Notes: generated by a model not told the origin, from the sequence alone. DNA of 64,000 nucleotides from Phaeosaccion multiseriatum (GCA_965112735.1 OZ218962.1:2542001-2606000); one strand, 5' to 3'. Shown: positions 23,657 to 36,786, counted from the first letter of the stretch. Numbers and translations are program-made.

Positions 23657-26600
23657 GTTCTGCCTTATGTTTCGGCCAATTGATCTGCCATCAGATGGAT
23701 AGAACGGCCTCGTCCCCCCCCCCTGATCTACACCTCCTCCTCCTCCTCCCCCCCCCCCTACTCCCCCTCCCTCCTCGGTCTCTCCCTCCCTCCTCTTGCA
23801 CAAGGTCTGACTGCCGCGGTCTCACTGGGCTTCACCGGGCAGGCTCTATCGGTGTCCGCTGCTGACCAAAACGCCGCTGCCACAGCCGCAGCCACAGCCG
23901 CCGCCACCAAGAAGGCCGCCAAGGAGGGTGTCTCCCTGGAGGGGCCTGCGAATGAGTCCTACGACCTCAACAACGAAAGGGTGAGTATTGAGTGCTTCTG
24001 CGCCCCATTCGCACTTCTCCGCTATTACCCGCGAAGTCGAAGCGCGAAGCGAGCGAGCGAACCACAGCATTTGGGCACGAACCTCGTCCTTAGCCTCTGA
24101 TCACACCAGCCTTGCCCCCTTATCCACCTGTCTCATCCCCACCCTGACGCTCTGATTCTCACTCTAACCCACTGACCCTGACCTGACCCTGACTATTGCC
24201 TTACTGCCCTCTACTCTGTTGCAGGTGTTCGACACCCGCCGCCTCAGCTACCTGCCCGCAGAGCCCTCGAGGGTGCTCAACCCTGCCGATATGCCCCAAG
24301 CGCTGCTACTGGGGGAGGTGCACAACAACGTACGTATTGCATACTACTATCAATTTGACTAATTTGATGACTGAGTTTAGTGTTCGGCCCAGTCGATGCT
24401 CTCTCGTCTCTCACCGCATCTCTCTCCCCTCTTCCCCCCCCCCTTCCCCTCCTCATCTCCTATCTTCCCCACAGCCGCTGCACCACCGTATGCAGTTTCG
24501 TATGATCAAAGCCATGAAGGAGGTAAGAAGGGTCACTGTGGGTGTGGGTGCGTGTTTGTGTGCGTGGGTGCGGGTGTGTGATCGTGTGTGTAGTTTTGGA
24601 TCTCTCTCTCTCTCTTGTGTGTGTGTGCATTGCGCTTGTGCGTCTTAATTGTTGTGTTGGTGGGGAAGAAAGAGCCTCTGTACACTTTCCTCATTACTTT
24701 GCCATCCCCATCGCTTTCCCCTTTGTGTGCGTATCCCCCAACGCATGATGATGTTGTGCAGGGATGTGAAAGGGACTCCCAACCCTTCGCTATCGGGCTT
24801 GAGATGCTTTACCGCCACCACCAGGAGGCCCTCGATGAGTATGTGTTTGGCGGCGGAGATATCGCCACCCTGAAATACCGAACCTCCTGGGACAAGGTGA
24901 GAGCCTCTCCCCTGGCCCCCTCCCTCCCTCCTCCATCCCTCCCTCCCTCCCTCCCTCCCTCCCTCCCTCCCTCCCTCCCTCCCCCCCTGCCTCCCTTCCT
25001 CCCTCCCTCTCCCCATCTCTTTCTCCTGCCCGCCCTTCCTCCCTCCCTATCCCACCTGCCTCTGTCCCTCATACCGCATCCATCTCGTGTCATGTGTTTC
25101 ACGCGCTGTGCGTCCCCTAGACGTGGGGCTACGACTTCCTCCTGTACAACAAGATCTTCAGTTACGCAAAGGCCAACGGCATCCGTCTGAGGGGGCTCAA
25201 CGTCCCGCAAGAGGTCATCCGAATGGTCAGCAAGGACGGCATCAACGGGTGAGTGCGTGAGTGAGTGACTAAGTAAATCCTATCCGGGGCATTGAACACC
25301 AAATTCCCCCCAACTCACAACTCTCTTACCCACCCTAACGAGCTTTTGTGGACGCTCTCTTCCTTTTCCCTTTCGATGAGATGTGGGTCGTGCCTACGCG
25401 CTCTCTCTCGCTGTCTCTCTCTCTCCGTCTCTCTCTCCTTCTCTCTCACTCGGTCTGTGTCTCTCTGTCTCTCACTCTCTCTATCTCTCTGGTTCTCTAT
25501 CTCTATCTCTCTCTCTTGTCCCTTAGTGCAGTCCGTATCCACTCCCTCTCCCCCTTCACTCCCTCACTGCACATCACCCCCGCACCCTGCCAAGCTAACT
25601 CTCCGCCCCCCTCTCCCCCTTCCCTCACTCACTCCCTCTCTCCCTCCCTCCCTCCGTCAGCCTGCCTGACAAGCTAAGGAAAGTCATCCCGGAGGTAGAC
25701 CTCACTAACGAGGCGCACTACACTCGCTTTAAGGACACCATGCAAGCCATGGCGGCCTTCCACGGTGAGGAACACTTTCACTTTTTCAGTCTCACTTTGA
25801 GCTCGAGTCTTGAGTTTTGAGGTTGAGTTTTAGGAGCCACCGGGAGAGAGGGGGAGAGGGCAGGTCGAGGAGGAGGGGCAGGAGGAGCAACAGGAGGAGG
25901 AGGAGAGGAGGAGGAGGAGGAGGAGGAGGAGGAGGAGGAGGAGGAGGAGGGGGAGGAGAGAGAGAGTGAGGGAGAGAGCGAGGGAGAGAGCACAAGGTCC
26001 CTGCGGTGCGGCAACACACAAACACTCCACTCAAAACTCCTGATATCAATGCACCACACACCTCACCACACCTCCTCCCACACAGGTGGAAGCATGCCCC
26101 CAGCGCAGCTGCAGAACTACTATGAGGCCCAAACGCTGTGGGAGGAGAGCATGGCGGAGTCGACTGCCAAGCACCTCGATACCAAGGGAGGGAGGATTGT
26201 CGTCATGGCTGGTGTGGGGCACATTCAAAACAGGGATGGACTGCCCGAGAGGATCCAGCGGCGAACAGGTGAGGGATGAAGGAGGGAAAGAGGGAGGGAA
26301 GGAGGGAAAGGAAGGTCGGAGCAGGGGGGGGGGGGGGGTGGGAACAGGTCTTTTTGTCTTACGTGAATGAGATCTGGCGCGTTGGTGACTGGCTTATCAA
26401 AATGTCTGCCTGCCTGACTCACTCACTCACTCGCTCATTCAATCACTCACTCACTCAGTCAATGAGTCTGACTGCATCATTGTAGTGCTTCTGCTCGTGT
26501 CCATCCTCCTCCTTCTCCGTTGCGACTACCTCTGGCTTCTTTTCTTCTAACGCAATAACCACCCCCTTCCTTCCTTCCTTCCTTCCTTCCCGACTCTTGT

Positions 26601-27063
26601 CTACAGGCTTCTCTCCTCTAACCGTGGTGCCTCAGTCCGTGGACTGGGTGGATGGCATGCCCGACATTGAGAGCCCCCCCTCCAGGTGAGATTGGGTGTA
26701 CAACCCCCCCCCCCCCAAACAGAACAATGTGATGGAATGCAAGTAGCATCATATGGTCCTGACGTGGTGTGAAGATGCTGTGGACCCGTTGATTGTCCAA
26801 GTCGTTGACGTAGGAGAGCGCCTGACGACGATTTGAAGTTTCTTGTATGTCGTATATTGTGCACACACAATTTTCTCTCATCTCTTCCCTCAGCTCAGTC
26901 GCCTGCTGGTTTGAGTTTGAGCTTCCTGCAGCTACGGTTTCGCCTTTCTCTATTTTTATGATGTTCTTTTATGTGTCCTGACATGGGCTATCTGTTGCTG
27001 TTCACACGCTCTTGTCATTGCCCGAGCAGGTCGTTTGCCGACGTCGTGTGGTATACAGAGTGA
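23069..27063 (+). CDS. ChaN-like / DUF399 (haem-binding uptake, Tiki superfamily) protein, predicted thylakoid lumen, ~10 exons
   Basis: Signal peptide plus TSA|FSTAL, then TRREAL plus a hydrophobic stretch. Domain motifs: LLLGEVHNN|PLHHRMQ, IGLEML, WDK|TWGYDFLLYNKIFSYAKANGIRLRGLNVP, YEAQTLWEESMA, VVMAGVGH, GLPERI, ADVVWYTE*. Confidence 0.85.
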
Positions 27064-28365
27064 GCGCGCACTGGAACTGAAAACTGTACAAAAAAACACG
27101 GAGAAGGGAGAGCCGTGGTGAAGGGGGGAAAGAGTGACTGCAAAGCACCGCCCCTAACGCGAGAGAGAGCTGATGGGAGAGCTGATGGGAGAGCTGATGG
27201 GAGAGCGAGGTAAAACCGCCACCACCGCCGCCGCCAGCAGCAGCTGTAGCAGCAAGAGCAGCAGCACCAGCAGCAGCACAGCGAAGGCACGAGTAGGATG
27301 ATGGTTTTCCTTCTTTCTTTCTTCTGTGCAGGGCTGACGCGAAGGCCTGCGCTGTTGTAGGGGTGAGAGCTTTTTGTACAGAAAAGGGTTGGGGTCTGTT
27401 TGTCTTGTTTTCTCTTTGCTTTGGGTCTGTTTTTTCTTTCTTTTTGTCTTCTTTGTTGACTTTTTTTGTTTGTTGCCTGGCGCTCCTTCTGGTCCGAAGC
27501 ACCCTTGGGCTCGGGCTGTACATACATATATACGGAGAAGCGTTGTAAGTATATAGGGCGGTGTATTGGGCATGTGTGACATGGGGGGGGGGGGGGGGGG
27601 GTCGAGCGAAGAGACATTGAGGGTTCTCAACCTTTCGTGGGAGCAGCAGCAGACTCGAGGGAGGGACGGAAGCGCTGGGAAAGAGCGCGAGGGTAGAGCC
27701 GTGTGTGTCTGTCTCTGGGGGTGTTTTATACGTTGGGAGGAAGGGGGCGGTCTTGTGACTTGGGTCAATCATACTGGACTTGTGGAGCAGCACGAGAGAG
27801 AGAGAGGAGGCTCGGCGGGTGAAAGGAATGTATAATCGCGAAAGGACTGTATAAGTAAGGAATGTATCAATGGAAAAAAGCTTTCTTCTCTCTCTCTCTA
27901 TCTCTTCTCTTCTCTGCTCTACCATCTGAGTGTGCCGCACAAAGTTGGGGGGGAAGCATTTCATAGTCCTTCAACATTCAAATGAATTCACATCACTGAG
28001 ACAAAGCAGCATCAGCCTGCGCCTGAAAAAAGCCGCCGACAAGAGCACGTGCACTGCCTTCTCTTTCTCTCCTCGCCGATTGGGTTCGGTTTTCTCCTCT
28101 CCGGTGTTTCACTACGTACCCCTCGCACCACACAGCGCCACAGCTGACAGCCGCTGAACTGTTGTGGGGGAGCGTGGCGTGTGCGCAGGGGTGGGCAGGC
28201 GTGCTCATTCACTCGGACGTGACATACGCGAAAGGGGCAGCGGAAAAGAAGGAAGAGCTCCTCAGCCTCCTCCGCTGCCCGCTACACAGCGTAGTCCGTC
28301 CGTCCGTCCCTCCGTCCGTCCGTCCGTCCGTCTACTGCCTTCTTTCCTTCCTTCCTTCCTTCCTT

Positions 28366-30898
28366 TCACCGGGATGCAGCAGCTGATGGGGGCAAATCCT
28401 GCTGAGACGGCGGTGACTCTCGCCTCTTTGTCTCCCCCTTGTTACTACTACTACTACTGGTAGCAGCAGCACCCCCTTCGCTCCCTCCTCCCCCGGCACT
28501 CCACGCCCCGCGAAGGGTGTCAATCGCCTTGCCCGCGTTCTCCTTGACGCTGCCCGCCAGTGTGCTGAGCATGCCTCCCACGCTCTCCTCTTGCTGACGG
28601 AAGGCACTCACGCGATCCGTCAGGCTTTGGATTGTGGGCTCCACTTCTTCCTGAGAGAGGCAAATGCCAAGGGCAGGAGGGCAAAGGATATGGACGGGAA
28701 GGAGGGGGGAGGGAGAGAGGGAGAGAGAGAGGAGGGAGGAGAGAGGAGAGAGGGAGGAGGGAGGAGGGAGACGGGAAGAAGTAGAGCGGGTAAGACGGTG
28801 AACAAGCCCCCTCTTTCCTTCTCTCTCTCCCCCTCTCCTTGCTTCCTTCCCCCTCTTCGAATGCTCTCTCTCCTGGCTTCCTTTTCCCTCCTCTCTGTCT
28901 TAACTCATCCTCTCTGCCCCTCCTCCTCTGTCTCCTTGGCTGACTACTACTCTCCCACTCTTCCTTTCCTCCTCTCTCTCCTTGGCTCTCATTGACTTAC
29001 CCTGACGAGCATCTTCGCTCTATCCAAGGCGGCCCCAGGAGAGTCCAGCGCGGGACGGACGTCAAGATGGATAGACACAGGCTTGTTCTGCTCCCAAGGG
29101 GGTCATGCCCCAAGGGCGGGGGGGGGGGGTGAGGATGCGTGTGTGTGTATGTGTGTGTGTGCGTGTGTGTGTGTGTGTGTGAGTGAGTGAGTGAGTGTGC
29201 GATGTGAGGAGGGGCGGAGGGGCGGGTCAGGGGTACGACGAATAACACACACGTCAGCAGCACATGAGCAGAATGCTATTTCAAAGACAGGGGGATTAAT
29301 GACAGCATATAAACATGAGAAGCACATGGGTAAGATGCTGTTTCAAAGATCCGCAGATGAGGCGCTGTGGTAGTGTACTGTCTACACACGTCTGACGCTT
29401 CGTACCGGGACGGGCTTGCCGGAATAGAAGTCAATGACATATCGGATGTGTTCTCCGTCCCGATCGACGACCCAATCGTGTCGGTCAAATGGCGCCGTGT
29501 AGCCTAGGAACAGCGCACCGTGGAGAGAGAGAGAGACATGGAGAGAGACAGAGAGAGAGAGACACACACAGCGAGAGAGAAAAAGACACACAGACACACA
29601 CACATACACACATACACATACACACACACATACACACACGGAGAGAGAGACAAGAGAGAAAGGGGGCGAGAGGAAGGGTGGGGGAGAGACAGGGGTGGTG
29701 TGAGGAGACTTGAAGAGTAAAGAGGGAAGGGGAGAGCAAGGGAGCGGCACCAGTGAGAGAGAGAATGGAAGAGTTGATGTGGACACAGCGGGAAGGGGGC
29801 GAGGCGGGAGGAGGGAGGCCAAAGACAATTCCATGCCACCCAAGGAGCACACTTGGAGGCCTTCACTTGAAGGGGGCAGAGAGCAAAGAGTAACAGAAGG
29901 GTGAATATCCCATCTTCCATCTTCAGCTGATGCGCCAAGAAAGACATCCGCGCGGCTACACCCACGCAAACCACACCACACTCCCCTTCACACACCGCAC
30001 CTAGCAAATTGCTCTTGAACCACGCCTTGGGGGAGACATCCTTCGGCCGGCCTTGGAACTTGAGCAGCTTCGGGTTTGTGGCTGCTCTTGCCTTCGCCGT
30101 TGCTGGTGGTGGTCCTGCTGCTCCTGCTGCTGCTACTGCTGCTGCCGCTGCTGTTTCCCCCTCCTGCTTCTCTGACCCTTGCTCTGGGGAGGGCAGCAGT
30201 TGGCTCAGAAAGGAGCTCAAGAAACTCGGGGCGGCGTGCAGCTCCTCCCATTCTCTGACTTTACTCCTGCGCAAGGACACAGTGGGTGGGCGGAGGGGGG
30301 AGAGGGGGAGGGAGGGCGAGACGGGGAGAGGGTTTCCGCCATGAGACGGTGGGGAAAAGGAGCTACGCCGGCCTTGGGGGCGCTCTCTCTCTCTCAGGGG
30401 AGGGGCAGGAGGAGCCAGAAGCGCTTCAGAATGGAGCACGCACACGCACACACACACACCAGTACACATACACACACACCCTCACAGGCAAGCACACACA
30501 CGCACACACATATACACACACACATGTAATTCACAGTCTTTAGCACGCCTGCATCACGCACTGCTCACCAGCCCTGCTCGTTGACCGCGTTGTGTATGGT
30601 CAGCACGAAGGGCATGTCTCTCTCCTGCGGGCCGTAGCCCTTGCGCTTCATAGCGTTGAAGTACTGCTGCTCGGAGGGGTATACCCACACGTCCTCGCCC
30701 TCTGAGGGTGGGGATAGAGAGTGGGTGGGGGAGTGGGGGCAGGCAAGGCAGCAGAAAAGGAGACACGAGGCAGGATAAAGGTACACTTCGTTACAGTTCA
30801 TTGGAGGAAACTATGAGTTGAATGGAAGGAGAGAGGGGGGCCTGTGTCAAGAACATGGAGGTAGAGGTGGAAGAGAGGGAAATATAGAGGGGAGGAGG

Positions 30899-30962
<64 letters not shown>

Positions 30963-31339
30963 AAAAGAGGAAAAAGAAAAAACGGGGAAGCAGTAGAGAG
31001 ACATCCGGCAACAAAAAAAAACTCCCTTGGGGAAAGCAAAGCAGGGCAGTACTACTCACTTGGTTGATGACCTGGCGAATAGTGGGACTTGGGAATGGTG
31101 CTCTTGGCCCTGTTCGTGTCCAAGGGATACCGTTGCCCCGCCGCCTTCTCCTGACCGTACTTAAAGTCAGACGCCGCAGCATTGTACTGCTCATCACCCA
31201 CCCCTCCCCCTCCCTTGCCGCCACCACCACCGCTCCCATGGTCAACAGGACACCCTCCCTGCACATTCGCGTGGTCAACGGGACACCCACCTTTCAGCGC
31301 AGTCTCTACGTCTGCTTGGCTGATTGACTGGCCCCCACC

Positions 31340-31380
<41 letters not shown>

Positions 31381-31528
31381 CACTGCTTCTTTCCCCTGTG
31401 GTGTACCTCAGCCAGGCACGAGGGCTGATCCACGCCTTCCACCCACTTCCTCCGCCTGCTCCTCCTGGAGATGCTTGCTTTAGATCCACATCACCCTTCG
31501 CATCATTCCCTGCGGGAGGTGCGACCAT
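28366..31528 (-). CDS. HCCS: Holocytochrome c synthase (cytochrome c/c1 haem lyase), ~6 exons
   Basis: Two CPVDH haem-regulatory motifs, [74 protein letters not shown]. Confidence 0.95.
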
Positions 31529-31769
31529 CTCTCCCTTTCCTTCCTCCCTCTTCTCTCCCTTGGCTGCCTCTCTTTCTCTCCCGGAAGCCTCCGATCAAAT
31601 CAGAATCTCTTCCTCCAGAGACAAAGAGAGGAGAGTAACAGCTCCTTCAGAAGTGTGGCTTCCACTACACTACTACGCAACTTCTTTTGAGACCTGCCTT
31701 ACTTTAAAAAAAAGGGGAGAGAAAAAAGGGGAGAGGGGAGAGAGAAAAGAGAAAAGAGAAGTAAGTAAA

Positions 31770-31850
31770 AGTGAAGGCCTGGAAACCAAAAAATCGAACC
31801 GATTTTTTCAGTGAAGGCCTGGAAACCAAAAAATCGAACCGATTGTTTTC
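31770..31850. repeat. 40 bp tandem duplication upstream of HCCS
   Basis: agtgaaggcctggaaaccaaaaaatcgaaccgatt occurs twice. Confidence 0.9.
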
Positions 31851-31992
31851 CCCCTGTACCTTCCGATGGGCATGCTATCTGCTACGCGCTATCTATGTCC
31901 GCCAGCGTCAGCCGGCGTGCTATCTGCTATCGGACCCTCAGGGCCCGATAGTATGCTATCGAGAATGTGGTCGGTTCACTATGATTAGGAAA

Positions 31993-32094
31993 CGCCGGCG
32001 CAGCCGGCCTGATCACTGATTCTGACCGGCGCCAGCCGGCCTGATTACTGATTATGCGCAAGCCGGGGGCTGATTACTGATTACGACCGGCGCA
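31993..32094. repeat. Degenerate ~30 bp tandem repeat (ccggcgc..agccggcctgattactgatt), about 3 copies
   Basis: Direct inspection. Confidence 0.75.
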
Positions 32095-32276
32095 CACCGT
32101 AATCTTGTCCAGGGTCGATTGAAGGGAGGGTCAAAGGATCAACAGCCCAAGAAGAGGAGGGAGAGTTGGGTGTCCAGTTGTGATTTGTTGTGCCCTTCGC
32201 CACCAAGTTAACTGCGGGACTACAAGTATTGGTATGAACAAGAGGGGAAGATCTGAAGAGGCCTCAAACAGGCTTA

Positions 32277-32655
32277 TCATCTCCTTGGGTGCTTCTTCTT
32301 CTTGCCTGCAGTCACCGTTTCCCATGCCGCCATGGACCCTCCTCCTCCTCCCTTCTGCCCCGCCGCAGTCTTGGCCTTCGCCGCTGCTGCCTTTTGAACC
32401 TCCTCTAGTCGGCTGTTAAAGTCTGCATCCGTCTCGAACCAGCACCTGCTGCTCGCCTCTAACTCGTCCAAGCTCTCCCTTATATCGGGTATCTTGCCAA
32501 CCTCCATACCCTCCTTGACAGTGAGGAGGCGCCCCTTTGTGGCCTCAATCTTCTCGAGCTTCAACAGCTCTACATACAGAGACACGATTTGCTTCGTGTG
32601 TTTGAGAGGATGCGTGATGGGGCGGACGGCCTCTATTTTCTTATATCTGACAGGG

Positions 32656-32688
<33 letters not shown>

Positions 32689-34505
32689 AGGGAGGGAGAG
32701 AGAGAGGGTGGGAGGGAGGGAATATGAGTGTGTGAGATGAAGGGGGAGAAAGGGTGAAAAGACAGCAGGAGAGGGAGGGGAGACTAGCACTCATCCATAC
32801 AAGCACAAATCCAATTTCTTCCCGCCCTCCGAAGTCGCACACCCCACCCCACCCCACCGCACCTTGCTTGCAAAGCTTCCTTCTGCTTGGTCTGCGCTGG
32901 AGTCAGGCTGCTGCCCGAATCGCCAACTCCTTCACCATCGCCCCCGCCCTCCCCTTGAGCCTGCCCCTCCGTCAGGGCTGCAAGCTTATCTGTGATTTGC
33001 CTGAGCTGCCCCGTGCGCTCCTCAGCCGTGAGCTGGCCGTGCTCCACCATTGCCTTCATTGAGGCTTGCAGCCAGGAGATCTTTTCAGCCAGCACTTCGC
33101 GACTGATGAGTGAGCACAAGTGTGAACAACCAACACACAAAGAAGAGAAGCGCATTGAGAAATCAGAGAGAGAGAGACAGAGAGAGAGAGAAGGAAGGAA
33201 GCAAACAAGCGGACAGGGAGGACAGGAGCACTTTGAAAGGGAGGGGAGAAGGGAGGGGTAGATAGGGCAAGAGTGGGTAAGGTCAGGAGGTGTAGGAGGA
33301 GTGGAAAAGCGAAAGGATATTGTTTGCTTCTGAGAACCTGATGGAGTCGTAGAGCTCCTGCTCCGCGTCTGGAGGGAGAAGAGCGGCGAACAAGAGGAGG
33401 AGGAGAGAGATATAGCAAAGAGGAGAGGGAGAAGACCGAGCAAAGAATAGAGCAAAGAATATATGGGGGGGTGGGGTGGGAGGGGGGGAGAGCAGAGCGA
33501 CAGAGAGAGAAGGGGAAGAGGAGGGAAGAGGGAGGATAGTCAGCAGAGGGAGGGGAGAGGGTAGAGAGGGAAGGGGAGAGAGGACGTGAGAGAGGGGACA
33601 GCGAGAAAGAGAGAGCAGAGGCGGAGATGCGTCAATAGTTGCGTTCAATCAGTCACCAAACCACTACCCATTACACCGACCTTCCAGTGGCTGCATGGAC
33701 ACCAGCTTGCCCTCAATGTCTGCCAGCCGCTTGTTCGTCTCTTGCAGCGCCTTGAGGGCAGCCTTACGCTCCTTCCACGCCTGCGTCTTCTCCTGCATCA
33801 TCTCCTGGAAGGTGTCGAGCTCGCTCACGCAGCAGAGGTAGGAAGGACTGGAGGTGTCCTGCATGCCCTCTCCCCCTCCTCCTCCTCCCCCTCCTCCGTC
33901 CCCCTCTCCGCCGCTGCTGTTGGGCCCCTTTACGTGAGGGTACACGTGCATGTCTGAGGCGGAAAGGGGAAAGTTATACTGTAAGGAGATTGCTCTGGCA
34001 TCGGTCAACCTTGTTTGGGAGAGAAAGGTCGCCCCAAAAGTGAGCGGACGCAGGAGGGAGAGAGAGAATCGACTTATCCAAAGAAACGAGCAGCAACCGA
34101 GAGTGAGCTTGTACAGGAGAGGCAACTGAGCACAGTGGGGTTGTACACTCAAGAGAACTTCCACTTACAGAGGAGATTCTTGCCAGTGTCGTTCTGCGTC
34201 TTGAACACGCCTTGGCATTGCAGACTGACGCTGGCTCCTCGATCTTCCTCGAAACCGAGCTCCCTCAAGGTAAAGGCCAGCTTTTTTCCCAAGTCGGGGT
34301 TGTAGCTCGTCCGCACGAGCTTCCCGCCCCCAATCACAAAGCTAAATCGAAGAGGGTTCTCCGAGTCCAGCGGAGTGGAGAAGACCTGCTTCATAAGCTC
34401 CGTCGCCCGCTCGCAGGTGTATCCCGCGAGATCGTACTGCTCGGAGTCTACCGCCGTCATGATCTCCTTCGCTATCCCACAGGCCGCCTCAGCCAACGCA
34501 GCCAT
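32277..34505 (-). CDS. Hypothetical protein of unknown function, ~5 exons
   Basis: Non-repetitive exons joined at GT-AG sites: SEQYDLAGY, FSFVIGGGKLVR, LRELGFEEDRGAS...GVFKTQNDTGKNL, MHVYPHV, AEQELYD, LAEKISWLQ..MKAMVEHGQLTAEE, RCWFETDADF. Confidence 0.75.
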
Positions 34506-34656
34506 GATATTAAGTCTCTCCTCTTGTTTTTTTGTTGTTTGTTATTGGAACGTGAACGTGCCGGGAAAGGATCGACTTCCCCGCGGCTCGAACGAGATGG
34601 CACCAGAGGGGGGGAGGGAGAAGGAGACTGCAGTTGTTTTTTACAAGGAATATAAT

Positions 34657-36714
34657 ATGAATGCGGAGCGAGAGAGGATTGCCGGGAAGGTGCAGGAGTG
34701 GTATGAGAAGAGAACTGAGCAGGAAGCTTCGGGCTGGGGCAGCAGCAAGGAAGATGTCCTGCTCTTGCTCAAGGCCGTCCTCTGTACTGTCGATGTCGAG
34801 AAGCTAAAGACGAACGGATATGGTCCGCTGCACTACATAGCCGATGCTGAGAAGAGCAGGGAGATGCGCTGCTCGGAGGTGAAGGGTACGAGGATGCTGG
34901 AGGCTGTCAAGCTGCTGAAGGAGTGCGGGCTAAACGTTAACACCAAACGAAGCAGTGAAGATGAATTTGTGGCTTTAGGAGAGACTGCTCTCCACGAAGC
35001 TGCATGGAAGGGGAACTTTGACTTGGTGAAGGGACTAGTGGAGGCGGGTGCGAATGTCAACATGAAGTGTGATGCCGGACGGACACCTCTAAGCCTTGCG
35101 GCTCCGGCCGGCCAGCCCATGATAGTCTGGTACTTGTTGAAGCATGGAGCCAAATGGGAGGAAAGCTACGCCTTGCATTGGGCTGCTACTTATGGAAGGC
35201 CTGTGTGTGTGAAGATGCTGCTGAAGGCTGGGGCCAACCTTTCTGAGAAGGATGAGGATGGTGACATGCCCGCCCAGTGCTGCTTCAAAGGGTTGGAGGG
35301 GAGAGGAGGCTCACCAACCGAGCGGGCCGAGGCTCTGTCGATGTTGCTCAAGAATGGCGCGGATGTGCAGGTGAAGGACGAAGATGGCAACAATCTTCTG
35401 CACCTTGCCGTGTCACACGGAAATGAGCAGTGTATCCCCATTCTTGTGGGTAGAGGGCTGCAGGTCGATGCAACGAACGGGACTTTGAACACCCCGCTCC
35501 ACTTGGCCTCTAACAATGGACACTTGGGATGTGTGAGGGAGCTCATTCGCCGCGGTGCACCTCTTGATGCTGTGAACTCATATGGCAGCACTCCCCTCCT
35601 GCTCGCTGTCGGCAAAAGCCACGTGAAGGTTGTCACCGAGCTGATCGACGCGGATGCCTCTGTTCACATCAAGGACAAGAATTCGATCACCGCACTGCAT
35701 ATCGCGGCCGCCCTGGGCAGCATGGAGCTGGTGTACTCCCTGGTGGAGGCTGACGCTTCGGTCGATGCCCTCACCGATGATGGCGAGAGTCCTTTGGTAT
35801 CGTGCATGCGGCCATCTCAAGGCAATGTGTCGGGGAAACGGAAGACTCGGAGAAAATCACCGGGAAAAAGCGAGGCGCGTGGGCAGGTCGCTCGGTTCCT
35901 GTTGAAGATGGGCGCTGCTGTTGACGAAAGGACCATCGCTGTGGCAGGAAAGGTAGGCTTCGGTGGCGTCATTGCTTCTTTCCTCAGGAATGAGCGGGAG
36001 GAGCGCAACGCGGTCAAAGACAGACTTGACACCGTTTCTACCCATTACCTTTCCACGATGAGCGGTGCTGCGGATGAGAAGGATGACACTACTGTGCGGG
36101 TTCGGCTGGTGCATAAGGGCAGTGGAGAGAGGGGCGAGAAGGAGTACGCCTTGAGCATCCCTTTGATGGAGCGGCTGGCGGCGAGGGTCACTGGGGGACA
36201 GGAAGAGAGAGCGAAGACCTCCGCAGGTCGCTCAGCCTCTGCGGCAGGCATTCTTCCGAACATGCTCGACCCAAGGAAGCACGGCTACAAGGGCGACGAG
36301 GAAGACGAAGGAGAGGGGGGAGGCAAGAAGGAAGCAAAGAGCGTGGAGCTGGAGTATGATGGTGTGGACTTTACCGAGCAGGGCTTTGAGGCTGTGGTGA
36401 AGTTCGTGACTACAGGCAGTGTGGAGGAACTTCTCGCGAGAAGACCGGTAGAGGGGCGCGCTAGTAGCAGCGACAGCAGCACGGGAGGAGCAGGGGCGGC
36501 GAGTAGCACAGACACGAAGAAGAGGGAGCGTGTGAAGCTTTTCGACGACGTTAGAGCGAAGCAGGCTCTGCAGGCAGCGGAATTTTTCTGCTTGGAGGGC
36601 ATGGCGAGGGAGGTCAAGACGCTGATGGGCGAGTACGGCTTCGATCTGGTGCAGAACGAGAACGGGAGGGAGGCACAAGAGCCATCGCGGAAGAGGGCTC
36701 GGGCGGCCTCCTGA
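34657..36714 (+). CDS. Intronless ankyrin-repeat protein with a C-terminal BTB/POZ-like domain
   Basis: Many ankyrin units (GETALHEAAWKG, GRTPLSLAA, GNNLLHLAV, NTPLHLASNNGH, GSTPLLLAV, TALHIAAALG). C-terminal FEAVVKFVTTG...ALQAAEFFCLEGM is BTB-like. Confidence 0.85.
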   Translation: MNAERERIAGKVQEWYEKRTEQEASGWGSSKEDVLLLLKAVLCTVDVEKLKTNGYGPLHYIADAEKSREMRCSEVKGTRMLEAVKLLKECGLNVNTKRSSEDEFVALGETALHEAAWKGNFDLVKGLVEAGANVNMKCDAGRTPLSLAAPAGQPMIVWYLLKHGAKWEESYALHWAATYGRPVCVKMLLKAGANLSEKDEDGDMPAQCCFKGLEGRGGSPTERAEALSMLLKNGADVQVKDEDGNNLLHLAVSHGNEQCIPILVGRGLQVDATNGTLNTPLHLASNNGHLGCVRELIRRGAPLDAVNSYGSTPLLLAVGKSHVKVVTELIDADASVHIKDKNSITALHIAAALGSMELVYSLVEADASVDALTDDGESPLVSCMRPSQGNVSGKRKTRRKSPGKSEARGQVARFLLKMGAAVDERTIAVAGKVGFGGVIASFLRNEREERNAVKDRLDTVSTHYLSTMSGAADEKDDTTVRVRLVHKGSGERGEKEYALSIPLMERLAARVTGGQEERAKTSAGRSASAAGILPNMLDPRKHGYKGDEEDEGEGGGKKEAKSVELEYDGVDFTEQGFEAVVKFVTTGSVEELLARRPVEGRASSSDSSTGGAGAASSTDTKKRERVKLFDDVRAKQALQAAEFFCLEGMAREVKTLMGEYGFDLVQNENGREAQEPSRKRARAAS

Positions 36715-36786
36715 GCGTCGCCACTAGGGAACATAAGAGGAGAACCAACAAAGAAGAGGGGTCGATTTGTTGGTAAATGTCCAATG

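Noticed and set aside
27002-27964. 320 aa minus-strand ORF
   Set aside because: Low-complexity, antisense to the probable 3' UTR of the ChaN-like gene, with no domain signal.
28620-28650. Alternative short HCCS ending KKWSPQSKA*
   Set aside because: The upstream donor is phase 0 (LVR|gtaagt), which selects the frame ending at 28366.
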